Assembly: GCA_015492645.1 (NCBI GenBank)
Contig: WGER01000027.1
Span: forward strand, 11,396-75,395
From: Nitrospirota bacterium
GTDB lineage: Bacteria; Nitrospirota; Thermodesulfovibrionia; Thermodesulfovibrionales; JdFR-85
Length of the DNA: 64,000 nt
Direction of reading: 5' to 3'
Shown here: positions 11,965 to 21,535 of the stretch, piece by piece
How positions within the stretch are numbered: position 1 is the first letter of the stretch
Layout: the number at the start of each line of letters is the position of its first letter
Position numbers and translations under genes: made by a program
The notes under the pieces: generated by a model
Seen by the model: only the letters and a program-made list of their open reading frames with translations
What the model was told of the DNA's origin: nothing
Databases searched by the model: none

Positions 11965-13052
11965 AGGTGGTAGAGGTCTCCTTAGGGGAAAGGAGTTATC
12001 CTATCCATATAGGCTCCGGTATACTCGGAGGACTTCAGGAGAGGTTACTTCAGGAGGCCACAGGTTCAAAACTCCTTCTGCTCAGTAATCCCACCGTCTA
12101 TTCCATTTATGGTCCAGTTGTTGAAAGGGCGATCGAGGGGGCCTCGCTCCAGAGATCCCTGGTCCTCATACCAGATGGTGAGCAGTACAAGGACTACTTC
12201 TGGGCCTATCACATCCTGACCCGGATGCTTCAGGATGGCCTTGACAGGGGTTCTCTCCTGATAGCCCTTGGAGGCGGTGTGATAGGAGACATCGGGGGTT
12301 TTGTTGCATCTGTCTTTATGAGGGGGATAGCCTATGTGCAGGTGCCAACAACGCTGCTTGCCCAGGTGGACAGTTCAGTAGGGGGCAAGACAGGGGTGAA
12401 TCATCCCCTTGGCAAGAACATGATAGGCACCTTCTACCAGCCCAGATTTGTCTGGATAGATGTCCAGACCCTCAGGACCCTCCCTGAAGACCAGTTCCGG
12501 GCAGGTATGGCAGAGGTGATAAAATACGGGGTAATATGGGATAGGGAGTTCTTTCAGTATCTCAGGTCAAACCATAGGCAGATCCTCGGTCTTCAGCCAG
12601 AGTCGCTTGAGCAGGTGGTCCAGAGGTGCTGTCAGATAAAGGCCGAGGTTGTATCAAGGGATGAGAGGGAGGCAGGGCTGAGGGCGATCCTGAACTTTGG
12701 TCATACAGTGGGTCATGCCATCGAGACCGCCACCTCCTACAGGGGATATCTCCACGGTGAGGCGGTGGCTGTGGGCATGGTGGCAGAGGCGTGGCTTGCC
12801 CACCGACTGGGGCTGCTGAGCGAGACAGAGGCAGGGGAGATTGAAGAGACGATCAGGTCTTACGGGCTCCCTGTGGGTATCCCGAAGGAGATCGAGGTCT
12901 CACGGATGCTCAGTTATATGACCCTTGATAAGAAGGCAAGGGCGGGTAGACTCAGGATAGTGCTACCTGAAGGGATAGGTCGTGTAAGGGTGCAGGAGAT
13001 CACTGAGGAGGGTCTGTTAGAGGAGACCCTAAGGGCTTTGCAGAGGGTATGA
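11961..13052 (+). CDS. aroB: 3-dehydroquinate synthase
   Basis: GGGVIGDIGGFVAS, VQVPTTLLAQVDSSVGGKTGVN, NFGHTVGHAIE. Confidence 0.93.
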   Translation: MKVVEVSLGERSYPIHIGSGILGGLQERLLQEATGSKLLLLSNPTVYSIYGPVVERAIEGASLQRSLVLIPDGEQYKDYFWAYHILTRMLQDGLDRGSLLIALGGGVIGDIGGFVASVFMRGIAYVQVPTTLLAQVDSSVGGKTGVNHPLGKNMIGTFYQPRFVWIDVQTLRTLPEDQFRAGMAEVIKYGVIWDREFFQYLRSNHRQILGLQPESLEQVVQRCCQIKAEVVSRDEREAGLRAILNFGHTVGHAIETATSYRGYLHGEAVAVGMVAEAWLAHRLGLLSETEAGEIEETIRSYGLPVGIPKEIEVSRMLSYMTLDKKARAGRLRIVLPEGIGRVRVQEITEEGLLEETLRALQRV

Positions 13053-13807
13053 GGGACCTTCTACTGGGGCTCCAGGAGTTTTATCTCCTCTGTATAAGGG
13101 CAACAGTGGGCATCTGCAGGAGACCCTTTTATCTCCGAGAGACAATAGACCAGATGGACTATGCAGGTGCAGGCTCTCTATTCATCGTTGCCCTTGTGTC
13201 CCTGTTCATCGGCATGGCCCTGTCACTTCAGGTCGCAGCAGAACTGAGCACCCTCGGTTTGAAAATGTATACAGGCAGGGTGGTGGGGATGGCAATAATA
13301 AGGGAACTGGGTCCAGTCGCAACTGCCCTCGTCTTTGCGGGCAGGGTGGGCTCAGGAATGACCTCTGAACTCGGCTCCATGGTCCTGGGTCATCAGGTGG
13401 ATGTCCTCAGGGTCTTTGGCCTGGACCCGGTAAAGAGGCTCGTTGTACCAAGGCTCCTGAGTGCCTTAGTGATGCTACCCGTGCTTACCATTGTTGGAGA
13501 CCTTATTGCGATCATGGGTGGCTACTACATTGTGGTGGCAGTGAGCCACCAGAGTGGCTCCTTTTACTGGAGTCAGATAAAGGATATGCTGGACTTCAAG
13601 AATGTCTTCTCAGGTACAGTCAAGCCCTTCATCTTTGGCTACATCATAGCCTGTATAAGTTGCTTTATGGGGTTGAAGACGACAGGTGGGGCCAGGGGTC
13701 TGAGGAGGGCAACCACCACAGCGGTGGTGCTCTCAATGGTGATGATTATAGTGACGGATTTTCTCCTCACCAGGATACTCTTTTATCTGCTCGGGATGAG
13801 GGTATGA
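13049..13807 (+). CDS. mlaE: ABC transporter permease, MlaE family
   Basis: About 250-aa multi-TM protein with the MlaE-like REL(G)PV segment (IIRELGPVATALVFAGRVGS). Overlaps the following ATPase gene (ATGA). Confidence 0.8.
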   Translation: MRDLLLGLQEFYLLCIRATVGICRRPFYLRETIDQMDYAGAGSLFIVALVSLFIGMALSLQVAAELSTLGLKMYTGRVVGMAIIRELGPVATALVFAGRVGSGMTSELGSMVLGHQVDVLRVFGLDPVKRLVVPRLLSALVMLPVLTIVGDLIAIMGGYYIVVAVSHQSGSFYWSQIKDMLDFKNVFSGTVKPFIFGYIIACISCFMGLKTTGGARGLRRATTTAVVLSMVMIIVTDFLLTRILFYLLGMRV

Positions 13808-14541
13808 TAGTATTTGAAGATGTCCACTTCGGGTTTAACTCAAAGAAGGTGATAGACGGGATCTCCTTTGAGGCGGCATTTTATGAAAAGATCGCTGTTC
13901 TGGGGGGCAGCGGTGAGGGCAAGACCACACTCCTGAAGTTGATCCTCGGACTCCTGAGGCCTGACAGAGGAAGGATACTGATTGATGGCAGGGATATCAC
14001 CACCCTTAAGGAGTCAGAACTGGTGGAGGTGAGGAAGAACTTCAGTATAGTCTTCCAGGAGGGTGCCCTTTTTGACTCAATGACCGTGAAGGACAATGTG
14101 GCCTTCTGTCTGAGGGAGTTCACCTCCCTGAGCGAGGAGGAGATACAGCAGAGGGTGAGAGAACTGCTCCGGAGGGTGGGGATTGAGGAGGCAGAGGACC
14201 TGATGCCTGAAGAACTGAGCGGGGGGATGCAGAGGAGGGTTGCGATAGCAAGGTCTCTGGCGGCCTGTGAGCCAAAGATGATCCTCTACGATGAACCCAC
14301 CACAGGGCTTGACCCCCTTACAGCAGATACCATCTGTGGTCTGATTAATGAACTCTCCTCAGGAGACCCTCCCAACAGGAGGGGACTCATCATCGTTACT
14401 CATAAGGTGACCGATGCAACAAAGGTCGCAGAGAGGTTTATGTACCTCAGGAATGGCAGGATTGCCTTTGATGGTGACCTTCAGGCCCTGAGGGCCACTC
14501 AGGATGAGGAGTTGAAGAGATTTATAAATGAGATACTTTAG
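13804..14541 (+). CDS. mlaF: ABC transporter ATP-binding protein, MlaF-like
   Basis: Walker A GGSGEGKTT, signature LSGGMQRRVAIAR, Walker B ILYDEPT. ATG 13804 overlaps the mlaE stop. The ORF-track start 13660 lies inside mlaE. Confidence 0.85.
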   Translation: MIVFEDVHFGFNSKKVIDGISFEAAFYEKIAVLGGSGEGKTTLLKLILGLLRPDRGRILIDGRDITTLKESELVEVRKNFSIVFQEGALFDSMTVKDNVAFCLREFTSLSEEEIQQRVRELLRRVGIEEAEDLMPEELSGGMQRRVAIARSLAACEPKMILYDEPTTGLDPLTADTICGLINELSSGDPPNRRGLIIVTHKVTDATKVAERFMYLRNGRIAFDGDLQALRATQDEELKRFINEIL

Positions 14542-14593
14542 GATTTCCCCTGTTTTTCAATCCTCCAACTATTTTACCTCCAGGAGGCCCCTT

Positions 14594-15286
14594 TTATATA
14601 CGGGTCTTCAGTTTTTCCTCGGCCTCAGAGGCCCTGAGGTAACGGGGCACTGTGGTAGTGGGGTCAGAAAACTCCCCCCTTTCCGCCTTTTTGATGCCGA
14701 GATAGGCAACTGTTGAGGCGAGAGTCCTGTCAACCGGAGCGGGTCTGAAATGGGCCTTGTCTTTCAGCCTTTCGAGTATCTGCTTCCTGTATACAGATGC
14801 CCCTGATCCTAAGAAGACGGTGTCATCCTCCAGGTCTCTTATGAACAGGTCCAGGGCACCAACCGCCTCATCCATTACTGTAGAAAGGGTCCCCCCATGG
14901 TAACGGTACACCGCCCCATATACCTCTCTTTTTCTCGCATCCAGCAGTGGACATATGAACCATGCAGTGGGTGTAACGGTAAGTGCAAGTGACTCCAGGG
15001 TGGAGACCGTTACCAAAGGCCTTCCTGTAGCAAAACAGAGGCCCTTCACAGTGCTGAGCCCCACCCGGAGGCCTGTATAAGAGCCGGGTCCGATAGAGAT
15101 GGTAAAGAAGTCTATCTCTGAGATCCTGGTCCCTGCACTCCTCAGGAGAAAATCAACTGCCTGTAGCAGGACCTCAGAGTGCCTCTTTCTGCCTGAAAGG
15201 CAGACCTCTCCGAGCACCGATTCCCCTGTGCTGTAAAGACATACGGAACCCTGCTCTGTGGCTGTGTCAAAGGCGAGTGTAAGCAT
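14594..15286 (-). CDS. tsaB: tRNA threonylcarbamoyladenosine biosynthesis protein TsaB
   Basis: MLTLAFDTATEQGSV... and GPGSYTGLRVG, typical of YeaZ/TsaB. Confidence 0.88.
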   Translation of the reverse strand: MLTLAFDTATEQGSVCLYSTGESVLGEVCLSGRKRHSEVLLQAVDFLLRSAGTRISEIDFFTISIGPGSYTGLRVGLSTVKGLCFATGRPLVTVSTLESLALTVTPTAWFICPLLDARKREVYGAVYRYHGGTLSTVMDEAVGALDLFIRDLEDDTVFLGSGASVYRKQILERLKDKAHFRPAPVDRTLASTVAYLGIKKAERGEFSDPTTTVPRYLRASEAEEKLKTRI

Positions 15287-15295
15287 GGTGTTTCT

Positions 15296-16111
15296 TCAGA
15301 GTGTGAGGTCCCATTCCTTTATCTCTTTATAGGTGAACACCGGGCCATCAGTACAGATAAACCTGCCATCATTATAGCAGTGTCCACATTTACCCACTCC
15401 GCACTTCATATGGGCCTCAAGGGTGGTTACGATCCTGTCTGCAGGCATTCCAAGTAAGAAGAGGTCTGTCAGGGCAGCCTTAATCATAACAGGCGGGCCG
15501 CATACATAGGCAACGGCCTCTCTCAATTCGCCTTCAACCTGATGCCAGAGGGTCGTGACCACTCCCACATTACCACGCCAACCATCTGAGGGACAATCCA
15601 CTGTAAGAACAACCTTTACATCACTGGCCCTCCAGGTGTCGTATTCTTCTCTGTAGAGAAGTCCATCAGGTGTTCTTGAGCCATAAAGCAGTGTCACTCT
15701 CTTCACCTTTCTTCTCTCCTTCAGTAGGTACTGAATGACAGCCCTCAAAGGCGCAAGACCTATACCCCCTGCAACTACCACCACATCCCTGTGGTATGAC
15801 ATCTCCAGAGGGAATCTCCTGCCATAGGGCCCCCTCAACCAGATGGTGTCTCCTGCCTGCAATTGATGAATTGCCGATGTAACAAAACCTGCCTTTCTCA
15901 CGGTAAATTCCAGGGTCTGTGTGTCATCAAGCGAGCAGACAGAGATGGGGACCTCACCATACCCCCAGAGGGATAGCATAAAGAACTGGCCAGGATAGTA
16001 GTGAACCTCCTTGGGGACCCTCACCCTGTAGAGTTTTACATCCGGGCAGAGTTCCCTCGCTTCTTCTATCTTTCCCTTCAAGGGTGTATAGATGTTAACC
16101 ACTGACCGCAT
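15296..16111 (-). CDS. FAD/NAD(P)-binding oxidoreductase with C-terminal 2Fe-2S (PyrK / AsrB / sulfhydrogenase-gamma type)
   Basis: Ferredoxin-reductase-like fold (GGIGLAPL) and the terminal cluster motif CGVGKCGHC. Confidence 0.8.
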   Translation of the reverse strand: MRSVVNIYTPLKGKIEEARELCPDVKLYRVRVPKEVHYYPGQFFMLSLWGYGEVPISVCSLDDTQTLEFTVRKAGFVTSAIHQLQAGDTIWLRGPYGRRFPLEMSYHRDVVVVAGGIGLAPLRAVIQYLLKERRKVKRVTLLYGSRTPDGLLYREEYDTWRASDVKVVLTVDCPSDGWRGNVGVVTTLWHQVEGELREAVAYVCGPPVMIKAALTDLFLLGMPADRIVTTLEAHMKCGVGKCGHCYNDGRFICTDGPVFTYKEIKEWDLTL

Positions 16112-17129
16112 TCTCTGAAACTCTCTTGATATTCAAAACCACTGTAGCCATATCGATCTTTGAGGGACAAACTACAGCACATCTGCCGCAACCGACACAA
16201 CCAAAACCACCGATGCCTTCAGGATAGTAGATGAGTTTGTGATAAAACCACCTCTTTGTCCTGCTGACAGGGGCATCATTGGGCAGGATTCCGCCTGCAA
16301 GCCTCGTAAACCCTTTAAAGAGGCAGGCATCCCAGAGTCTTACCCTTTCTATATGTTCCTGATACACCCTGTCCGTGACTGTAAAGCAACTACAGAGGGG
16401 ACACACATAGACACACCCTCCACACTGAATACATCGGTTTGCCACCTCCTGCCAGAACCCCTCATCGACTCTCTGAGAGAGGATCAGAGACCTCACCCCC
16501 TCCAGGTTTATCCTCTGCTGAAACCTTGCAGTAGAACTCAACTGGACCTCAAACTGGTCCTCAAGATCTGTCTTCCGGGGCCTCTGGAAAACAAAGGAGT
16601 ACTCCCTCACCGCTCTTCTGCCCCTGGGTGAGCCTATCTCTACCATGTATCTGTCCCCAAGGTCTGTTAACTGTATATCAAACCCCTCTTTGAGATATGG
16701 ACCGGCCCCTATCCCGACACAGAAGCATGTGGGATCAGGGCGATTACAGACAACGGAGATGAGCAGGGTGTTCTTTCTCCTTTCGCTGTAATAAGGGTCC
16801 GGCTGGGAATCCAGGAAAAACCTGTCCAGCAGTCTCAGGGCAGCCACATCACAGGACCTGAGCCCAAATATCACCCTCTTTCTTTTCTCCTGGATCGGTC
16901 TCACCGTGTCGGTCTTGAAGACAAATACCGTCTCATATTGGGGCAAAAAGAACTCCTTCACTGATGGCAGAGAGGCGGGAGGATCAAGCACTATCTCATG
17001 TATCTTCTCCACGCTCTCAAAGACTATATCACCATCAGGTGTCCTCAGGGGGCCTATCAGGTCACTGTCCTTCCTCAACTGCCTGAGCCAGTACGAAAGA
17101 GAATTCTTGGGGAGTATCCATCCCTTCAT
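16095..17129 (-). CDS. 4Fe-4S dicluster subunit (sulfhydrogenase-beta / AsrA-like)
   Basis: CIQCGGCVYVCPLC and CVGCGRCAVVCP ferredoxin motifs. Translationally coupled between the FdhA-like and FAD subunits. Confidence 0.75.
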   Translation of the reverse strand: MKGWILPKNSLSYWLRQLRKDSDLIGPLRTPDGDIVFESVEKIHEIVLDPPASLPSVKEFFLPQYETVFVFKTDTVRPIQEKRKRVIFGLRSCDVAALRLLDRFFLDSQPDPYYSERRKNTLLISVVCNRPDPTCFCVGIGAGPYLKEGFDIQLTDLGDRYMVEIGSPRGRRAVREYSFVFQRPRKTDLEDQFEVQLSSTARFQQRINLEGVRSLILSQRVDEGFWQEVANRCIQCGGCVYVCPLCSCFTVTDRVYQEHIERVRLWDACLFKGFTRLAGGILPNDAPVSRTKRWFYHKLIYYPEGIGGFGCVGCGRCAVVCPSKIDMATVVLNIKRVSENAVSG

Positions 17130-19216
17130 GTTATCCTCAGTTCCTCGATATCCACTCTTCGCGGTCTCTTCGGTCTCTTCACCACTTCAAGGGGTTCCAC
17201 CCTCACAGCACACACCTTATACTCCGGGATCTTCACCTCCGGGTCAAGGGCTGGATTTGTGAGGAGATTTGCGGCAGCCTCTCGGAAATGAAAAGGTATA
17301 AAGACCACCCCTTCTGATGTGTTGTCTCTCAACCTCGCCCTGAGCACTATGCTGCCCCTCCGTGAGGATACCCGAACCCTCTGGCCCTCTCTGATCTCAA
17401 GTTTCTCAGCATCCCTTGGGTTGATTTCTACAAAGGGCTCGGGTTCCTCTCTTTCAAGTACCGTGGTCCTCCGACACATTGTCCCTGTATGGTAATGCAC
17501 TCCTGTCCTGCCTGTATTCAGCACAAAGGGGAACTCCTCATCAGGCAGTTCTGCCGGCATCCTGAACTGAACCGGCAGGAATGTGCCGAGCCCACGGGCA
17601 AACTTCTTCCTGTGGAGGTAGGGAGTCCCTGGGTGATCCCTATCAGGGCATGGCCACTGAAGACCGAAGCCATTGTCGAGCCTGTAGTGGAGGATCCCAC
17701 CATAGGAAGGTGTAAGCAATGCTATCTCTTCCATCACCTCATAGGTATCCCTGTACTGCATAGGATACCCCATTAATGAGGACAACCCGGTGATTATCTT
17801 CCAGTCTGGCATCGCCCCTCCGGGAGGAAGCACCGCCCTCCTTATCAACTGGACCCTCCTCTCTGTATTTGTGAAGGTGCCGTTCTTTTCGGCAAAGGTG
17901 GCTGCAGGCAGGACAACATCGGCAAACTCAGCGGTCTCTGAAAGGAATATATCCTGTACAACCAGAAACTCGAGTTTCTCCATCGCCTCCCTAACGCGGT
18001 TCAGGTCAGGGTCTGAGAGGAGAGGGTTTTCACCCATAATATACATCGCCTTGAGCCGGCCTTCAAGGGCTGCCTCTGTCATCTCCACAACAGTGAGTCC
18101 CGCCCTCTCGGGCAACCTTCTCTTCCATGCCCTCTCAAACTTTCTCCTCGCCTTTGGATCGGTCACCTTCTGATAGCCCGTGTATACATTTGGCAGTGCC
18201 CCCATATCGCAGGCACCCTGGACATTGTTCTGTCCCCTCAGGGGGTTTATCCCGGAACAGGGTAGCCCGATGTGTCCCGTGAGCATCACTAAGTTGGCAA
18301 GGGCCTTCACATTGTCAACACCTGTAATATGCTGGGTTATTCCCATTGCATAAAATAGCATTGACCTCTTTTCCGTGGCATAGACCCTTGCGACCTTTCT
18401 GATATCAGATGCCTTCACACCCGTGAGTTTCTCCACCCTCTCTGGCGTAAACTCTCTGAGACTCTCTTCAAAGGCATGGAAGTTTTCTGTCCTTCTCATC
18501 ACAAAGTCCCTGTCCACAAGGTGTTCAGCAAGGATCACATGCATTATTCCCATCAGGAGGGCCACATCGGTACCACTGCGGTGTTGAAGATATATGGTCG
18601 CAAAATCTGCAATCTTTGTACGCCTCGGGTCAGCCACTATAAGGGTCGCTCCCCGGTCAACCGCCTCTAACATATGCATCGCTATCATGGGATGTTGCTC
18701 GGTTGTATTTGACCCTATAACAAAAAGGACCCTTGCATCCTTTATCTCAGAGATGGAGTTTGTCATGGCACCAGAACCAAAGGCAGCCGCCAGTCCCCCA
18801 ACTGTAGAGGAGTGGCAGAGCCTGGCACAATGGTCGATGTTATTTGTCCCGAGGACCGCCCTTGTAAATTTCATAAGGAGATAGTTCTCCTCATTGGTGC
18901 ATTTTGCCGAACTCAGTACCCCAACAGAGTCAGGTCCATAGCGACTTATTGTCTCTGAAAGTCTTTTTGCTACATACTGTAGTGCCTCCTGCCAACTACT
19001 CTCTATCAGTTTGCCGTTCTTTCTTATAAGAGGGGTCTTGAGACGATCTGGATGGTGTATGAACTCATGGCAGTTCCAGCCCTTAACACATAGGCTGCCC
19101 TGATTTACTGGATGGTTTCTGTTTGGAGAGACCCCTATCACCCTTCCACCCTCCACATGGAGAAAGAGGCCACAACCACAACCACAATACGGGCAGACAG
19201 TGGGTACCTTTTTCAT
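17126..19216 (-). CDS. fdhA: formate dehydrogenase alpha subunit-like molybdopterin oxidoreductase (Cys type, cytoplasmic)
   Basis: N-terminal 4Fe-4S motif CPYCGCGCGL, IDHCARLCHSSTV (Cys where selenoenzymes have U), and MopB plus a C-terminal molybdopterin-dinucleotide-binding domain. No Tat signal. Start is ATG 19216 (MKKVPTV) rather than 19339; uncertain. Confidence 0.85.
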   Translation of the reverse strand: MKKVPTVCPYCGCGCGLFLHVEGGRVIGVSPNRNHPVNQGSLCVKGWNCHEFIHHPDRLKTPLIRKNGKLIESSWQEALQYVAKRLSETISRYGPDSVGVLSSAKCTNEENYLLMKFTRAVLGTNNIDHCARLCHSSTVGGLAAAFGSGAMTNSISEIKDARVLFVIGSNTTEQHPMIAMHMLEAVDRGATLIVADPRRTKIADFATIYLQHRSGTDVALLMGIMHVILAEHLVDRDFVMRRTENFHAFEESLREFTPERVEKLTGVKASDIRKVARVYATEKRSMLFYAMGITQHITGVDNVKALANLVMLTGHIGLPCSGINPLRGQNNVQGACDMGALPNVYTGYQKVTDPKARRKFERAWKRRLPERAGLTVVEMTEAALEGRLKAMYIMGENPLLSDPDLNRVREAMEKLEFLVVQDIFLSETAEFADVVLPAATFAEKNGTFTNTERRVQLIRRAVLPPGGAMPDWKIITGLSSLMGYPMQYRDTYEVMEEIALLTPSYGGILHYRLDNGFGLQWPCPDRDHPGTPYLHRKKFARGLGTFLPVQFRMPAELPDEEFPFVLNTGRTGVHYHTGTMCRRTTVLEREEPEPFVEINPRDAEKLEIREGQRVRVSSRRGSIVLRARLRDNTSEGVVFIPFHFREAAANLLTNPALDPEVKIPEYKVCAVRVEPLEVVKRPKRPRRVDIEELRIT

Positions 19217-19278
19217 GAAATTTATTATAGCATTATTTGGATATTTTATGCCCTCTGATCTGCCGTTTGACTCTGGAG

Positions 19279-19295
19279 GAAAATCGCAGATTTTG
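19279..19295. repeat. intergenic member of the GAAAAATC hairpin family
   Basis: gaAAAATCgcaGATTTTg, preceded by ctggagg. Compare 159-185 and 590-614. Confidence 0.5.
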
Positions 19296-19401
19296 CTCGG
19301 CAGAACCCTGCCGCCTGATACAGTTTCGACTGATGTCAAATGGCAATTTTCGGAGAGGACCCCTCCCTGGCAGACCGGGAGGGGTGATAAATTGGAGGTC
19401 C

Positions 19402-20748
19402 TTAGAGTTTTATCTGTAATTGCCAGCGGAAGAATGTGGCACTGTCATCGTACTTATAAAAACCGCCAGGGATCATATGCTCCACAAGGAGGTATCCGTC
19501 TATCGCCTTTGTGAACCTGTGGGAGAGTTTTGCCTGGAGAAGATGTCCCCTCTCCTTGCTGTCAAAACTGTACAGAGGAGCCTTTGAGGGTGTGCCATCA
19601 TTGGTGGCCGGGTCATCATTCGCCCTGAGATAGTTATAGTTGAAGCCGAAGCCGGTGTTCTTGGTAAAGGCGAGTTTGACCCCTGCCCTGTATAGTTGGA
19701 GGTTGGTCCAGTATGCAGGGATGCCAGTCTCAGGTGCAAGGGTGAGAATGAAGAGGTCACTCAGCCATGGCCACCTTGAGAATAATGGATCCCATGCCTC
19801 ATTCTCATCAGTGTCAGGGTCATCACCTGAGAGATACACATATCTAAGTTCAAAGGCAGGCCTCCACTTCATGTCCTTATAGGCCCTCTTTACAAAGATA
19901 TATCCTCCGTTACCCTCTCTATCCCTGCCACTGTCATACTCTCCCCACTGATGGGCAAACTCTCCACCAAACTGCCATGTCCCATATGAAAAGAGAACTC
20001 TTGCCCCAATAGTGTTGAGATCCAGTTCACCGTCTGGGAGGAACTCGGTCTCCTCGTTCTTGAAGATATAATAGGGCTCGATGGTGAATCCCTCTATCTG
20101 TTTGCTCCTCGCATAAATCACAAAACCCTGCTCGTCTGAGTAATTAATCCTTCTCTTTTCAGCGGGATAAATGGAGGGAAGATAACGGTCCCTGTCCTGA
20201 TTAGTTATATACACCAGATCCAGAGAGTTTTTCTCATTCAGTCTGACAGATGCCTTAGCCGCATTGAAGTAAAAAGTCCTGGAGCCATCCCAGGGAGTGC
20301 CATCCATTATCAGAAAGCCCTCTCCAAAGGCAAAGAGAAAATCCTGTCTTCCTATTTTAAGGTCAATCGGGAGGCCCAAGAGATTCTTCACCTCCAGATT
20401 CAGGTTGTCAAATACTATCTCATCTTCATTCAACCCAAAGGGTCTTGAGGAGGTATTACTGGTATTCATAAAGTATCTCGCCTCATTGGTGAGTTTAATG
20501 AAGAAGATGTATCTCTTATCATAGTCGAGTTTGGTCCATAGGGATGTCTTGAGACGAAAGAAGTTGTCGTCCTTGTGATCATCATTGTAGAAGTCAAAGA
20601 CATTGTCCCATGTCTCCTGCCTCAGCCTGAAGTAGATTCCATAGGTGGTATCCAGTTCATCAGGGCCAAAGATGTGTTCAGCAAGGGCAGGGGTGACAAA
20701 GAGGAATAACAAAAACAGTGCGGTCAGTAACTTTAAAGTACCTCTCAT
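19402..20748 (-). CDS. outer-membrane beta-barrel protein (porin / alginate-export-like)
   Basis: SD aggaggt 6 nt upstream of ATG 20748. Signal peptide MRGTLKLLTALFLLFLFVTPALA. Alternating aromatic-rich beta-strand pattern through to the C-terminus. Confidence 0.65.
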   Translation of the reverse strand: MRGTLKLLTALFLLFLFVTPALAEHIFGPDELDTTYGIYFRLRQETWDNVFDFYNDDHKDDNFFRLKTSLWTKLDYDKRYIFFIKLTNEARYFMNTSNTSSRPFGLNEDEIVFDNLNLEVKNLLGLPIDLKIGRQDFLFAFGEGFLIMDGTPWDGSRTFYFNAAKASVRLNEKNSLDLVYITNQDRDRYLPSIYPAEKRRINYSDEQGFVIYARSKQIEGFTIEPYYIFKNEETEFLPDGELDLNTIGARVLFSYGTWQFGGEFAHQWGEYDSGRDREGNGGYIFVKRAYKDMKWRPAFELRYVYLSGDDPDTDENEAWDPLFSRWPWLSDLFILTLAPETGIPAYWTNLQLYRAGVKLAFTKNTGFGFNYNYLRANDDPATNDGTPSKAPLYSFDSKERGHLLQAKLSHRFTKAIDGYLLVEHMIPGGFYKYDDSATFFRWQLQIKL

Positions 20749-20921
20749 AACAGACCTCCTGTGTAGAAAATTTAAGGGTAAAACCCTATAAAGGTCTGTT
20801 AATATAGCATATTCAATGTCCTTTGTGCCATTTGTCTCCATTCCCTAAAATGCCGATAGAAATGGTTGCTTTTGCGGCAGGAACTGCCTTTTGATTATTA
20901 AGCACGAAAGTCTTATCTGCA

Positions 20922-20951
20922 TTGACATATATCACTTTATCGTGATAAAGT
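20922..20951 (+). promoter_or_regulatory. putative ars promoter (-35 TTGACA) with an 8-bp inverted-repeat operator
   Basis: TTGACA at 20922-20927. Perfect palindrome ACTTTATC-gt-GATAAAGT at 20934-20951, immediately upstream of arsR. Confidence 0.5.
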
Positions 20952-20970
20952 AATAAAAGTGAGAGATTTT

Positions 20971-21375
20971 ATGCAAATAACGAAGGCACTTTCTGATGAA
21001 ACCAGGATAAGGATACTAAAACTCCTTGAACAGGGTGAACTCTGTGTATGTGAACTTATGGAGGTCCTTCAGATGGGCCAGTCCACAGTCTCAAAACACT
21101 TAGGGATACTTCATGCTGCCGGGCTCCTTGAGCGAAGAAAGAAGGGCACATGGTCTTATTACAGACTTGCCGAGGAGGCAGTGAACAAATATAACCTCCT
21201 TTTTATAGAAATAATAAAACAGATGCTAAATGATGAAAAACTGATAAAAGAAGATCTGAGGAGACTGAAAGGATTAAAGAGACAGAACAGAAAAGGAGGC
21301 ACAAATGCCTGTATTATTAACCCAACAACCAAAAACAAAAATACAAGGAGATTGGGCAAACTCCCTCTCCCTTGA
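20971..21375 (+). CDS. arsR: ArsR-family arsenite-responsive repressor
   Basis: ALSDETRIRILKLL, As(III)-site motif ELCVCEL, wHTH STVSKHLGIL. The C-terminal ~20 aa (CIINPTTKNKNTRRLGKLPLP) run into repeat copy A. Start is ATG 20971 or GTG 20959. Confidence 0.88.
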   Translation: MQITKALSDETRIRILKLLEQGELCVCELMEVLQMGQSTVSKHLGILHAAGLLERRKKGTWSYYRLAEEAVNKYNLLFIEIIKQMLNDEKLIKEDLRRLKGLKRQNRKGGTNACIINPTTKNKNTRRLGKLPLP

Positions 21376-21505
21376 GGGAGAGGGTAGGGGAGAGGGTGCC
21401 CCTCCCCGGAGGGAAGGGAATAGATAAGAGTGACAATCCCCCCTTGGGGAGGGGTGTTTTTGTCTCTGGCTTCTTGATGTATTTGCTGGCCGAAATACTA
21501 AGGTG
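21313..21505 (+). repeat. ~190-bp dispersed element, copy A (between arsR and arsC)
   Basis: Shares ordered blocks with 26893-27090: caaccaaaaacaaaaa; a CT-rich/GA-rich hairpin (CCCTCTCCC-ttga-GGGAGAGGG); gagggtg; CCCCTCC...GGAGGGG plus a T-run; tctctg..cttga.gtatttg. Confidence 0.75.
21399..21461 (+). terminator. terminator-like stem (CCCCTCCCC/GGGGAGGGG) plus T-run inside repeat copy A
   Basis: 9-bp GC stem 21399-21407 / 21446-21454 followed by tgttttt. The loop is large (~38 nt), so function is uncertain. Confidence 0.35.
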
Positions 21506-21535
21506 GCAAAGGCTGGTGGATGAAGAGGAGGCATT

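Noticed and set aside
13660-13803. The long ORF-track start for the MlaF-like ATPase.
   Set aside because: The extension lies entirely inside the mlaE coding region in another frame. ATG 13804 overlaps the mlaE stop and precedes the canonical ABC N-terminus.
17126-19339. Selenocysteine recoding in the formate dehydrogenase, and the longer N-terminal extension from 19339.
   Set aside because: There is no in-frame TGA, and the position equivalent to Sec is Cys. The 41 extra N-terminal codons precede the conserved CPYCGCGCG cluster and look non-coding, so ATG 19216 is preferred, with uncertainty.
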